Assembly (NCBI RefSeq): GCF_004010195.1
Contig: NC_057720.1
Span: 5,603,313-5,638,120, forward strand
Origin: Chiloscyllium plagiosum
Taxonomy: Eukaryota
Direction of reading: 5' to 3'
DNA: 34,808 bases
Positions 12,101-23,084 of this stretch are shown one piece after another. The notes below the pieces were generated by a model that was given only the letters and a program-made list of their open reading frames with translations, had not been told where the DNA came from and made no database searches. Position numbers and translations under genes: made by a program. Every line of letters begins with the position of its first letter. The first letter of the stretch is position 1.

Positions 12101-12494
12101 CAGACATTGCCCTGAATCTTCCCACTTGTTCTGGACTAGCAGAAGAAATTGTTTCTCTCCAACTGACCTATCTCTTCCTTCAACCATCTGAAACTTCTCA
12201 ATTAGATCAACGCACCACCTTCCGCGTTCAAGTCTATTCCTGAGTCTGTGTAACTTGTTCTTATAATTTAACCCTTTTTAGCCAAGTATTGTTTTCCTGA
12301 GTCAATTGCTGTACCCTGCAAGCCATTGTTAGGGAATGAGCTTTCCTTTCAATGGCCACACGCTTTCATTTCCACCTGATTTCTCATTCTTCGGTTTCTG
12401 TTGAAAATTCTCCCCCAAAATTTTCATGATTTCAGTTTTGAACACTCTGCCATGGCGTGGATTCCTCCTTTTATCATCCGTGTTTTACTTTCAG

Positions 12495-12653
12495 GATGAT
12501 CAAGAGTCAATCTCAGGAATACTGCTTCACCCCAAGGACCTGGATCTTTCCTGCGGAATACACTCAGTTCCAGAACTGTGTGAAGGAACTCCGAAAGAAA
12601 CGCAGACAGAAGACCTTTATAGTCAAGCCAGCCAATGGAGCGATGGGTCATGG
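12495..12653 (+). CDS. TTLL7: TTLL7 internal coding exon C (159 bp)
   Basis: Acceptor ttttactttcAG| and donor GG|GTACGT. Translates MIKSQSQEYCFTPRTWIFPAEYTQFQNCVKELRKKRRQKTFIVKPANGAMGH(G), including the ATP-grasp IVKP..GAMGHG loop typical of TTLL7. Confidence 0.95.
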
Positions 12654-12656
12654 GTA

Positions 12657-12703
12657 CGTGTGTGTGTGTGTGCGTGCATGCGTGCGTGCGTGTGTGTGTG
12701 TGT
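12657..12703. repeat. (GT)n/(GCGT)n microsatellite adjoining the exon C splice donor
   Basis: GG|gtacgtgtgtgtgtgtgtgcgtgcatgcgtgcgtgcgtgtgtgtgtgtgt. Confidence 0.92.
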
Positions 12704-12704
12704 T

Positions 12705-13240
12705 TCTTTCTTGAACCTCAGCTGCCCTTGGGATCTAGGGACTCCACAGTGCTATTTGAGAAGGAGTTCCAGGATTTTGACCCAGAGATACTGAAGCAAC
12801 AACGATGCATTTCCAAGGAGAAAGTGAGGACTGCAGCTGCTGGAGATCATAGTCTAGATTAGAGTGGTGCTGAAAACGCACAGCAGGTCAGGCAGCATCT
12901 GAGGAGCAGGAAAATTGACGTTTCGGGCAAAAGCCCTTCAAGTCAGTGGCTTGAAGGGGAACTTGTAGATGGCGGTATTCCCATGTATCTGCTGCCCACA
13001 TTTTGGGGTAGAGGTCTTCACTTTAGAAAGAGCCTTTGTGTGTTCCTGCACTGCATCTTGCGGATGTTACACCCTGCTGTTCTTGTACCTCAATAATGAA
13101 GTGAGTGAATGTTTATGAGAGTGGAAATGGTGCCAATCCAATGGGCTGCTTTGTCCTGGATGGTGTCAAGCTTCTTGAGTGTTGTTGGAGTTGCACCCAT
13201 CCAGGAACTGAGCAATAAGGCTTGCCTGGCTGTACAATGA
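12705..13240 (-). mobile_element. Second LINE family ('LINE-B') 3' fragment, interrupted by a PLE fragment at 12818-12940
   Basis: Collinear with 32120-32640 (gctgctttgtcctggatggtgtcaagcttcttgagtgttgttggag). Confidence 0.75.
12818..12940 (-). mobile_element. PLE terminal-repeat fragment, 5'-truncated inside the hammerhead core
   Basis: Reverse strand tgaagggcttttgcccgaaacgtcaatttt...ctcactttctc, homologous to 26043-26160. Confidence 0.82.
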
Positions 13241-13901
13241 GGGAGAGGGTTCTGTTTAATTTGGTGGAAGACTTATCGATATTGGGAGGCAGTTTTTCAA
13301 ACATAATATTTAGGATTTGGTTCGTTTGATGGTTCAAAGGAAATAGGAACCAGCCAGTCACGTGTCATATGGATATTTGCCCCAGCTCTACAAACTGTTG
13401 AGTAAACAAGGACAGAACTGGAACAAGCCTTTGATCAATGCATTTTACAGTCTCGTATCATAGAAACATAGAAATTAGCAGCAGGAGTAGGCCATTCAGC
13501 CCTTTGAGCATGTTCCACTATCCAGCATGACCATGGCTGATCATCCAACTGTGTTCTCTGTTCCCACTTTCACCCCTCACATACCCTTTGATCCCTACAG
13601 CTCTAAGAATTATATCTAACTCCTTCTTGATAACATTCAATATTTTGATCTCAGCCACTTTCTGTGGCAGAGAATTCAACTCTCTGGCATCAGTTCCTGT
13701 ACAATTCAAAACTATTTCTGGTTTAATTTGAATGTTGTCACAGTTACTAAACTCACTCTGGTAGGCTCCAGGTGGTGTGCAATCACTGTTTCTTGCTGAT
13801 ATTGCACCTCAGGCAGCTGCAGGACAAACAGTGACCGTATAGACCATATATATGGACCTTTATTCTCCATCGTACTGGGTAGGTGCCTCTCTCTGTGAGT
13901 G

Positions 13902-14094
13902 GAGAAAGTGAGGTCTGCAGATGCTGGAGATCAGAGCTGAAAATGTGTTGCTGGAAAAGTGCAGCAGGTCAGGCAGCATCCAGGGAACAGGAGAATCGAC
14001 GTTTCGGGCATAAGCCCTTCTTCAGGGCTTCAGGGATTCCTGAAGAAGGGCTTATGCCCGAAACGTCGATTCTCCTGTTCCCTGGATGCTGCCT
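13902..14094. mobile_element. Palindromic PLE-derived insert with two hammerhead motifs, perfect 56-bp arms and 18-bp TSD
   Basis: Arms 13971-14026 and 14039-14094 are exact reverse complements. tgcctctctctgtgagtg is duplicated at 13884-13901 and 14090-14107. Confidence 0.88.
14035..14072 (+). ncRNA. Minimal type I hammerhead ribozyme motif
   Basis: CTGAAGA-a-GGGC ttat GCCC-GAAACGTC. Predicted GUC cleavage after 14067. An antisense twin lies at about 13995-14026. Activity untested. Confidence 0.7.
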
Positions 14095-14359
14095 CTCTCT
14101 GTGAGTGCTTGAAGCTAACACCAATTTGGCGAATTGGAAATGTCCTTTCCCCACATTAGCAGATTAATCAGCTCAAAATTTCAATGCAATCAGGAGGTCT
14201 AATTGGAGGCAAATACTGAGTGTCATGTTGAGAGCCAGGAGCTTGGATTTTTCAGTCAATTTAGAAAATAAAATCTTGCATTTATGCGGCACCTTTCACT
14301 ATCAGCGGATGTCCCAAGGTGCTTTGCAACCAACACAGCATTTTTTGTGGTGTAGTCGC

Positions 14360-14975
14360 CATGGTACTCAACGCCCTGACTGATGAAAGCCAGTGTGCCA
14401 AAAGCCTTCTTCACTGCCCTGTCTACCTGCGATTCCAATTTCAGAGAACCGTGCACATGAGCTCCAAGGTCCCTCTGTTCCACCACACTCCTTAAGGCCA
14501 TACCATTCGCCATGAAACTCCTACCTTGATTTGACTTTCCAAAATGCAAGACCTCACACTTATCTATATTAAACTCCATTTGCCATTTCTTGGTCCACTT
14601 CCCCAGCTGATCAAGGTCCTGCTGCAATTGCTGATAACCTTCTTCACTGCCCAGGATACCTCCTACTTCAGTCTCGTCTGCAACTTACTAATCATGCCTT
14701 GTATGTTTTCATCCAAATCATTGATATAGATAACAAACAGCAACAGGCCCAGCATCGTCCCCTAAGGCACTCCACTAGTCACAGGCCTCCAGTCCGACAA
14801 GCATCCTTCCACTATTACCTTTTGCTTCCTACTATCAGGCCAACTGTGCATCCAATTTGCCAGCTCCCCTTGGATTCCATGTGACCTAACCTTCCAGAGC
14901 AGCCTACCATGTGAAACCTAATCAAAGGTCTTACTGAAATCCATATAGATTACATCTACCGCCCTGCCCTCCTTC
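14360..14975 (-). mobile_element. CR1 RT internal fragment
   Basis: ORF 14256-14627 contains QQDLDQLGKW.KKWQMEFNIDKCEVLHFG. Adjoins a DeuSINE/L2-like tail at about 14275-14360. Confidence 0.85.
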
Positions 14976-15229
14976 CGGTATTTGTTCCATTCCCCTTTGA
15001 AAGTTGCTGCTGAAACCGCTTTCACCATCCCAGCTTGATGACCAGTCTGGTTATAATCACTTATTCACCAGTGTCACCTCTAGTTCGCTTGCCAATTACT
15101 TTAAATCTATATCTTCTGGTCACCAACGCTCCTGCCACTGGAAATAACTTCTTTCCAACTTGACCAAATCCCTTTGGAATGCTGCACAACTCTATCAAAC
15201 TTTTTCCACTCTGGTCTCTCGAATTAACT

Positions 15230-15618
15230 TGAGGTTGAGGGGTGATCTTATAGAGGTTTATAAAATCATGGGCGGGGTATTGATAAGGTGAATGGCAGGT
15301 GTGTTTTCCCTAAGGTGAGTGATTTCAAGACTGGGGGCATATTTTTAAGGTGAAAGAGAAAGATTTAAAACGAACATGAGGGGCAATTTCTTTACACAGA
15401 GAGTGGTTCATGTGTGGAGTGAACTTCCAGAGGAAGTGGTGGACGCGGGTACAGTTACAGCATTTAAAAGACATTTGGATAAGTACATGAATAAGAATTG
15501 TTTGGAGGGATATGGGCCATGCACAGGCAGGTGAGAAGACTTGCTTAGTTTGGGATTATGATCGGCATGGACTGGTTGGACTGAAAGGTCTGTTTTCGTG
15601 CTGTATGACTCTATGACT
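15230..15618 (+). mobile_element. 5'-truncated CR1 3' end
   Basis: RLRGDLIEVYKIM coding and tatgactctatgact tail. Confidence 0.85.
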
Positions 15619-15622
15619 GTGT

Positions 15623-15780
15623 ATGTGTTGCTGGAAAAGCGCAGCAGGTCAGGCAGCATCCAAGGAACAGGAGAATCGACGTTTCGGGCATAAGCCCTTC
15701 TTCAGGAATGAGGAAAGTGTGTCCAGCAGGCTAAGATAAAAGGTAGGGAGGAGGGACTTGGGGGAGGGGCTTTGGAAATG
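15623..15780 (-). mobile_element. PLE 3' terminal region with intact hammerhead motif, running into an assembly gap
   Basis: Reverse strand ttcCTGAAGAagggcttatgcccGAAACGTCgattc at about 15673-15708. Nearly identical to the 13943-14026 arm. Confidence 0.82.
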
Positions 15781-16099
15781 NNNNNNNNNNNNNNNNNNNN
15801 NNNNNNNNNNNNNNNNNNNNNNNNNNNNNNNNNNNNNNNNNNNNNNNNNNNNNNNNNNNNNNNNNNNNNNNNNNNNNNNNNNNNNNNNNNNNNNNNNNNN
15901 NNNNNNNNNNNNNNNNNNNNNNNNNNNNNNNNNNNNNNNNNNNNNNNNNNNNNNNNNNNNNNNNNNNNNNNNNNNNNNNNNNNNNNNNNNNNNNNNNNNN
16001 NNNNNNNNNNNNNNNNNNNNNNNNNNNNNNNNNNNNNNNNNNNNNNNNNNNNNNNNNNNNNNNNNNNNNNNNNNNNNNNNNNNNNNNNNNNNNNNNNNN
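15781..16099. other. Assembly gap (319 N)
   Basis: Run of N. Confidence 1.
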
Positions 16100-16337
16100 C
16101 CGCCATCACCCCAACCCCGCCCCCACGCCAACACCTCCCATCACGCCCCCACGCCGATCTCCGTCCCCACCCCCACGCCAACCCCGCTCCCACTCCCAGA
16201 TCCTGACATGAATGTTTTTCACTTCAGTTTGCCCCTTCAAGACTTCCTGAATTGTCATTGTCTTCATGATCGCTGCCACATTTGATGGCAATGTTAATGA
16301 AACTGGCCACTTATCAGGAAACTTGGTCTAATGTTAA

Positions 16338-16610
16338 GGACAGTGGCTCAGTGGTGAGCACTGCTGCCCCACAGCGTCAGGGACCCGGGTTCAGTTCCAG
16401 CCTCAGGTGACTGTCTGTGTGGAGTTTGCACATTCTCCTTGTGTCGGCGTGGGCTTTCTCTGGGTGCTCTGGTTTCCTCCTCCCAATCCAGGCTAGGTTG
16501 GTTAGCTGTGGGTAATGTGGGGTTAAAGGGTAGGGGGAGTGGGTCTGGGTGGAGTACTCTCCAGGGTTGGTGTGAACTTGATGGGCCAAATGGGATTCTA
16601 TGATTCTATG
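16338..16610 (+). mobile_element. HE1-like V-SINE
   Basis: A box gtggctcagtggtg, B box gggttcagttcc, central domain and attctatgattctatg tail. Confidence 0.85.
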
Positions 16611-16811
16611 AAAGCACAGCCTTATTCAGGTTATGTGAACAAAAGTAGGTCAACCAGCCCCTTGAACCTGTTCTGTTAAAGGAAGTGTTCCATTGGCATG
16701 TGAAGCATGAGCAACATAGGAAACTCTCAAATGAGGAAACCTGAAATAAAGCTAGAAAATGCTGGAAATACCTATCTCTCAGGAGAATAATAAGCTATAT
16801 TATTACGCAGG

Positions 16812-17125
16812 GGAATGTGGATATTTCTGACTGGACCACCATTTGTTACCCATTCATTATTGCCCCTTGTGCTAAATGACTTACCAGGTCGTTTCAGGGG
16901 GCAGTTAAGAGTCAGCCACTTTGCTGTGAGACCAGATGACATGGAGGCCAGACTGGGTAATGATAATAGATTTCCTGCCCTAAAGGACATTAATGAGCTA
17001 GATGGCCAAAGCTTTATTCAGTCACTCATAGGCATCAACTGTCTGGATTAGCATTGATTGCCTATCCCTAGCTGCTCATGAGGAGGTGGTGGTCAGCTGC
17101 CTTCTTGAACTGCCATGATGTGGAG
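16812..17125 (-). mobile_element. SINE/LINE-B-tail-related fragments
   Basis: gcattgattgcctatccctagctgctcatgaggaggtggtggtcagctgccttcttgaac resembles 32140-32200. Confidence 0.5.
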
Positions 17126-17954
17126 GTGTTGTTATCCGTGGGTTTCAATGGCATAAAGTAGTGAGGTGCCCGTCTTTAATGGCGATGCATGTGTCCAAGA
17201 ATGAGACTAATACTAAAGAGTAATCCATGGTCAGTCTGATGGTGGGATGAAGCTTGTTGACATCACTGTGTAGTCATTTCAGTGACTCCTCGCCATGGGT
17301 CCAGAGGAACTTTTTGAACTGCTACGCTCAATGTGCTGTAGGTAGACCCACAAAACTATTTGTGTGATTAACTTTCCATTTTGGATTTGTTAACTGCACT
17401 AATTTTGAAAGTGCTGTAGGATTTGAAGCCACATCTATAGAGCTTTATAGAGGTTTACAGGTTATTAGGGGAATGACATTGCCACCATCTCTCCCTTGTG
17501 GTTTTGGGGGTATTTATTTTACTGTAGTAGAACCGAATTGACCTGAATTGACCTGAACCGCCAATTCTGTTTGATTATCCTACGGATGCTGCCTGATCTG
17601 CTGAGTGTTGTCAGAACTTTCTGTGTCTAACACAGGTGAGTTGGTGATGTGTTGGTGTCATCAAAACTTGCACACTGACTGAGCATGGTGGCTCATAAGA
17701 CTGAGAGGACCAACATATTTATGTCAAAGTTAGATAATCTCAGTGAGCAAGTGCCTTTCCTGCTGGTTCACACCGTCGGTCAGTAGCAGCAGTGTGTGCT
17801 ATCTATAAGACACACTGCAACAACTCATCAACGCTCCTCTGAAAGTATTTTCCAAATCCTTGCCCTCTACCATTTAGAAAGACAAGGGCAGCAGATACAT
17901 GGGAACACCACCACCTACAAATCACTCACCATCCTGTCCTGGAAATATACAGGG

Positions 17955-18735
17955 ACATAGGAACAGAAGTAGGCCATTCTGCCCATCAAGCCTGTTCCAC
18001 CATTCAATGAGATCATGCCTGATCTGTGGCCTAACTCCATATACCTTTCTTTGGCCCATATTCCTTAATACCTTCGTTTAACAAAAATATATTTATCTCA
18101 GCTTTAAAATTAACAACTGATCCAGCATCCACTGCCATTTGTGGAGGAGAGTTCCAAACCTCTCCCACCCTTTGTGTGTCGAAGAGCTTCCTAACATCTC
18201 TCCTGAATGGTCTGGCCCTAATTTTTAGACTGTGCCATCGAGTTTTAAAATCTCCAACCAATGGAAATAGTTTTTCTTTATCTACCCTGTCTTTTCCTGC
18301 TATGATCCTAAAGACTACGATCAGATCACTCCTTATCCTTCTGAATTCTAGGAAAAACAGGCCTAATTTGTATAATCTGTCCTCATGTTTTAACCCCTGA
18401 AGTCCAGATATCAATCTTTTAAACCTATGTTGTACTCCCTCCAAGACCAATACAGTTGATTCTGACATAACGTGATAGTTCCGTTCTCATGCAATCCCGT
18501 GTTACAAGAAAATCGTGCAATAGCCATGCCAATTAAACTAATGGGACCAAAATCGCATTATAGCTAATACAGGTAAGGAAAGTTCGCATTCTACAAATAG
18601 CAATCTAAATTCTTCAATTGCGTTATAGCCAATTCATGTTGAAGAAACACATGTTATAGCAGAACCGATTGCATATCCATCTGTAGGTGTGGTACCCACA
18701 TCTGCTCACAGTGCTCCACGTGGGGTCTAGCTAGG
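17955..18735 (-). mobile_element. CR1 3' fragment interrupted by a MITE
   Basis: ORF 18031-18468 contains LEGVQHRFKRLI and RIRSDLIVVFRII. Resumes at 18672. Confidence 0.82.
18453..18671. mobile_element. Tc1/mariner (Tigger/pogo-like) non-autonomous DNA transposon, 219 bp
   Basis: Imperfect 22-bp TIRs (cagttgattctgacataacgtg versus reverse complement caatcggttctgctataacatg, 16/22). TA on the left and CA (decayed TA) on the right. Cleanly interrupts a CR1. Confidence 0.72.
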
Positions 18736-19367
18736 ATTCCTTCAGCATTAATGGGTTAAAATCAAGAAACTCCTTCCCTAATGGCGCTGTGAGTGACCCT
18801 ACATGCCAAGGATCGCTGTGGTTCACGAAGGCAGCTCACCCCCACCTTCTGAAGGATACTCAAAGATGAGCGAAAACTATTGGCCTAGCCAGTGATATAC
18901 ACATCCCATGAATGAATAATGAAAACAATTTCTTCAGAAATCTCATCACTCCTGTGATCACACTTTAATGAGCTGCAAACAACTGATTTGATGTGCTTGA
19001 AGCTCGACTTTGGCTGAAGTTCACAGAGTCCTTTAAATGAGATTGCATGTGTAAGTACTTATTGAATTTCTCAGATTAGTCAGTGGGTTTAGTGCTTTCT
19101 AAGCACCATCTCTATAATTGATTCCTGTGGCTGCACCACAATAACTCCTCCACACCTCCTGCAATTCTTGAAGCTATTGAAATGGGCTACTTTTTGTTAC
19201 TCTAAATGATCATAAAATGTAGGAGTAGCAGTAGACCGTTCAGCCCATCAAGTCTGCTCTGTCATTCAGTGAAATCTGATCTGATAATCCACAACTCCAC
19301 CTCCTTTCCTTTTCCCCAATAACCTTTGGTTCCAAGACTGATTAAAAACTTGTTGAACTGGCCTTTA

Positions 19368-19680
19368 CATAGAGTCATAGAGTTATATTGCATAGAAACA
19401 GTCTCTTTGGTCCAACTTCTTTACGCTGACCGGATATCCTAAACTGATCTAGTTCCATTTGCCAACAATTAGCCCATGTCCTTCTAAATCCTTCCTTTTA
19501 AATGTTGTAATTGTACCAGCCTCCGTCACTTCCTCTGGCAGCACTCACCACCCTCTGTGTGAAAAAAATTACCCCTCCGATATCTTTTAAATTTCACCTA
19601 AACCTATGTCCTCTAGTTTTGGACTCCACTACCCTGGCAAAAAGACCTTGACTATTCATCCTATTCTTGCCCCTCATGAG
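19368..19680 (-). mobile_element. CR1 3' end
   Basis: catagagtcatagag tail and homology to 28420-28790. Confidence 0.8.
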
Positions 19681-19814
19681 AAAGAAGATAGTCCAGGATA
19701 AAGCATTCTGAAGGGGGCATATAACAGATAGGGTTGGACATGAAAAGTACTTCACCCAACCCCATCATCCACCATGGTTACAGCATGGAAGGAAACCATT
19801 TGGCCCATCAGGGA

Positions 19815-20070
19815 CAAGGGCAGCAGATGCACGGGAGTACTACCAATTGCAAGTTCTCCTCCAAGTTGTTCACCACCCTGACTTGGAAATATATGGCTGT
19901 TCCTTCGGAGGTCAGAGTCCGGGAACTCCATCCCTGACAGCACTGGGTATCCCTGCACCAAATGTAGCAAGTCATGAAGGTAGATCACCAAGACCTTCTC
20001 AGGGGCTAGTTGGGGATAGGGCCCAGCCAGCGACACACATCCAATGAATGAATTAAATAAATGAAAGAAA
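19815..20070 (+). mobile_element. LINE-B 3' end
   Basis: acaagggcagcagatgcacgggagtactacc...ctgacttggaaatat...atgaatgaat tail. Confidence 0.7.
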
Positions 20071-20137
20071 TCCATGCTGGTTATCTACAAGAACGACTCA
20101 GCTAGTCCCATTCTTTGGCCTTTTGTCCAGAGGTAAA

Positions 20138-21525
20138 GAGTCATAGAGTCACAGAGTCATACAGCATGGAAACAGACCCTTTGGTCCAACCAGTTCATAC
20201 CGAACATAATCCCAAACTAAACTAGTCCCACCTCCCTGCTCCTGGCCCATATCCCTCCAAACCTCTCCTATTCATGTAATTATCCAAATGTCTTTTAAAC
20301 GTAGTAATTTTGCCCACATCCACCACTTCCTCAGGAACATAGAACGTAGAACATAGAAAAGTACAGCACAGAACAGGCCCTTTGGCCCACGATGTTGTAC
20401 CGAGGTTTAATCCTAACGTAAAATATAGTAACAACCTACGCACCCCTCAATTCACTGCTGTCCATGTGCATGTCCAGCAGTCGCTTAAATGTCCCCAATG
20501 ACTCTGCTTCCACCACCTCAACTGGCAACGCATTCATAGCTCTCTGCATAAAGAACCTACCTCTGACATCTCCTTTATACCTTCCACCTAATATCTTCAA
20601 ACTATGACTTCTTGTACCAGTCAGTCCTGCCCTGGGGAAACGTCTCTGGCTATTGACTCTATCTATGCCACTCATTATTTTGTACACCTCAATCAGGTCA
20701 CCTCTCTTGCTTCTTCTCTCCAGAGAGAAAAATCCAAGCTTATTCAACCTTTCTTCATAAGGCAAGCCCTCCAGTCCAGGCAGCATCCTGGTAAACCTTC
20801 TTTGCATCCTCTCCAAAGCCTCTGTATCTTTCCTGAACTGGACACAGTATTCCAAGTGTGGTCTCACCAGGAACTTGTAGAGCTGCAGCAAAACCTCATG
20901 GCTCTTAAACTCGATCCCCCTGTTAATGAAAGCCAAAACACCATATGCTTTCTTAACAACCCTATCCACTTGGGTGGCAACTTTGAGGGATCTATGTACT
21001 TGCACACCCAGATCCCTCTGTTCCTCCACACTGCCAAGAATCCTGTCTTTAATCCTCCTCCAGGCAGAATACTTTCCATCTACAACCACTCTCTGCCTTC
21101 TGTCAGCCAGCCAATTCTGAATCCAGATAGCCAAATCTCCCTGTATCCCATACTTCCTGTTCATTCCACACACGAACCACCCTCTGTGTAAGACATTTGC
21201 CCCTCATGTCTTTATTAAATCTTTCTCCTCTCACCTTAAAAATATGGCCTCTTGTCTTGAAATCCCCCATTCTCAGGAAAAGACAACTACCATTAATCCT
21301 ATCTATACTCCTCATTATTTTATAAACTTCTATAAGGTCACCTTTCAACCTCCTACACTCCAGAGAGATAAGTCCCAGCCTATCCAGCCTTTCTTTATAA
21401 CTCAAGCTTTTCATACCTGGCAACATTCTGGTAAATCTTTTCTGAATCTTCTCTGTCTTAATAATATCCTTCCTATATCTGGGCAACCTCAACCTAGTGC
21501 GGCACTCCAGAAAAGCCTCATCTAC
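20138..21525 (-). mobile_element. CR1 copy (20138-20337 and 21159-21525) with another CR1 subfamily nested at about 20338-21158
   Basis: Outer halves join as cacttcctcaggaa|gttcattccacac. The inner element has a distinct (catagaa)n tail and ORF 20436-21173. Confidence 0.85.
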
Positions 21526-21689
21526 AAATATTTCCTCTTCAGCTCTTATTCAATTCTATTTTGAAAACCATGATTGAACCTGCCTCCCTTACACTGATGT
21601 GCAGAACATTCTAGATCCTAAAACTTTGGAGAAACGAGTTTCTTTCCCACTTTCGTCTTTGGTGCTTTTACACATTATCGTAAGCAAAC

Positions 21690-22475
21690 ACAGGATTTGC
21701 AATAAAAAGGGCTTTTCACGATCTCAAACAAACACCAGAGAGCCTGATCATTAATGCGCTAACTTTGAAAATGTAGTCACTGTTCTTATGTAGGAAACAC
21801 TGTAGCCAATTCACACACAGCAAGATTCCCCCGAACAGCAATATAATGATGCGTGTTTAATCTTCTTTTTAATTTTAATATTACTTGAGGGATAAATGTT
21901 GGGCAGGGGACCACTGCTCTTACAAAGAGAGACAGTACAGCTGACTGTGCAACAGTCCTAGATTGGCAGAGTGGCATGGTGGCTCAGTGGTTAGCACTGT
22001 TGCCTCACAGTGCCAGGGACCTGAGTTCAATCCCAGCTTTGGGCGAGTGTCTGCGTTGCATTTATACATTCTCTCTGTGTCTGTGTGGGCTTTCTTCGGG
22101 TGCTGTGGTTTCCTCCCAAAGACGTGCAGGTTAAGGTGGATTGGCCATGCTAATTTGCCCCGTAGTGTCCAGGGATGTGCAGGCTAGGTGGGTTAGCCAG
22201 GGAAAATGCAGGGTTACAGGGATAAGGTTGGGACTGGGTACGATGCTCTTCAAAGGGTAGGGGTACACACAATTTGCCAAGTGGCCAGTATCTGCACTGT
22301 AGGGATTCTATGATTGAAAGTAGCGGTGAATCCCAAAATGATCATAATAAATGGCTTGACAGAGCTCTAGGTTTCATTTTCAAAGGTTAGTTTAATTATC
22401 AGGTTGCGGATGTCTGGATCTGGATTTGAACCCCCAATCCACAGACTTTAATTGAAGATTGCTACCTACTGAGCT
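21690..22475 (-). mobile_element. DeuSINE (SacSINE1-like) relic with a nested HE1-like SINE
   Basis: Reverse strand has a tRNA-like head at about 22475-22400 (agctcagtaggtagca; ggttcaaatcc). A Deu-like domain and tail lie at about 21925-21690 (atttatccctcaa...cttgctgtgtgtgaattggct...tttcctacat...agtgactaca). Confidence 0.6.
21965..22315 (+). mobile_element. HE1-like V-SINE, near full length
   Basis: ggcatggtggctcagtggttagcac (A box), gagttcaatccc (B box), central domain and gtagggattctatgatt tail. Confidence 0.87.
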
Positions 22476-23084
22476 GAAGTCCCATGGTGAACAGGCAGGT
22501 TGGGGGTCTGGTGGTGTTACACACAGAGAATCTTGTGTACTGATTGCACCGGCAACAGCCTGCTGGATAATTGCAGATGGCTTGCACTCACTATTCTGCT
22601 GGAAGGAGAGAGTCTCAGTGGTACACAAACATGGAGAATGATTGAAAGTTGCTATTTAAGGACTCCAGCCAGTGGAACTATTAAAAAAATGCAAGTCAGA
22701 GTAATTACCCACTTATGACACTTCTACCTAAATCCATCAATTGTTCTTGGGAATTTCAAATCCTTCCACTCAGTCAACTGATGCAGGCTCATTTTCCCAT
22801 TCATTAATGGGCTTGTGACCAGGGATTTGGTCTCTTGTTCCCTGTTTGATGTTGCTCTGAAAGAAAGTCATCAACAGTTCTTGACAGCTGCTGACACTTT
22901 GAAAACCTTCTGAAGCTGAAAAGTGAATCATGGAAACAATTAAGCAGCATGAGCACAATTACAAACTGTGGATCTCAGCTCCCCACCCCAGCTGGCTCAC
23001 TTTGGAAACTTTCAGGATAGATTCTCAATCAGCTCGCTGTCCTTTGAGCAAGGGGCTGACCAAGGAGCATTCGTGGGAGAATAA

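Larger units (their letters stand above)
17745..18925 (+). mobile_element. LINE-B 3' fragment (about 17745-17949 and 18738-18925) split by a nested CR1
   Basis: The halves are collinear with 19815-20065 and the reverse of 32120-32500. atgaatgaat tail. Confidence 0.7.

Noticed and set aside
13971..14094. Hairpins as pre-miRNAs, terminators, DNA-transposon MITEs or CRISPR repeats
   Set aside because: The arms are PLE terminal-repeat sequence, homologous to 26035-26160. They are asymmetric with long TSDs, and there is no repeat-spacer periodicity.
21970..22040. tRNA-like sequences (also 16340-16400 and 22400-22475)
   Set aside because: SINE heads with A/B boxes followed by SINE bodies. No complete cloverleaf seen.
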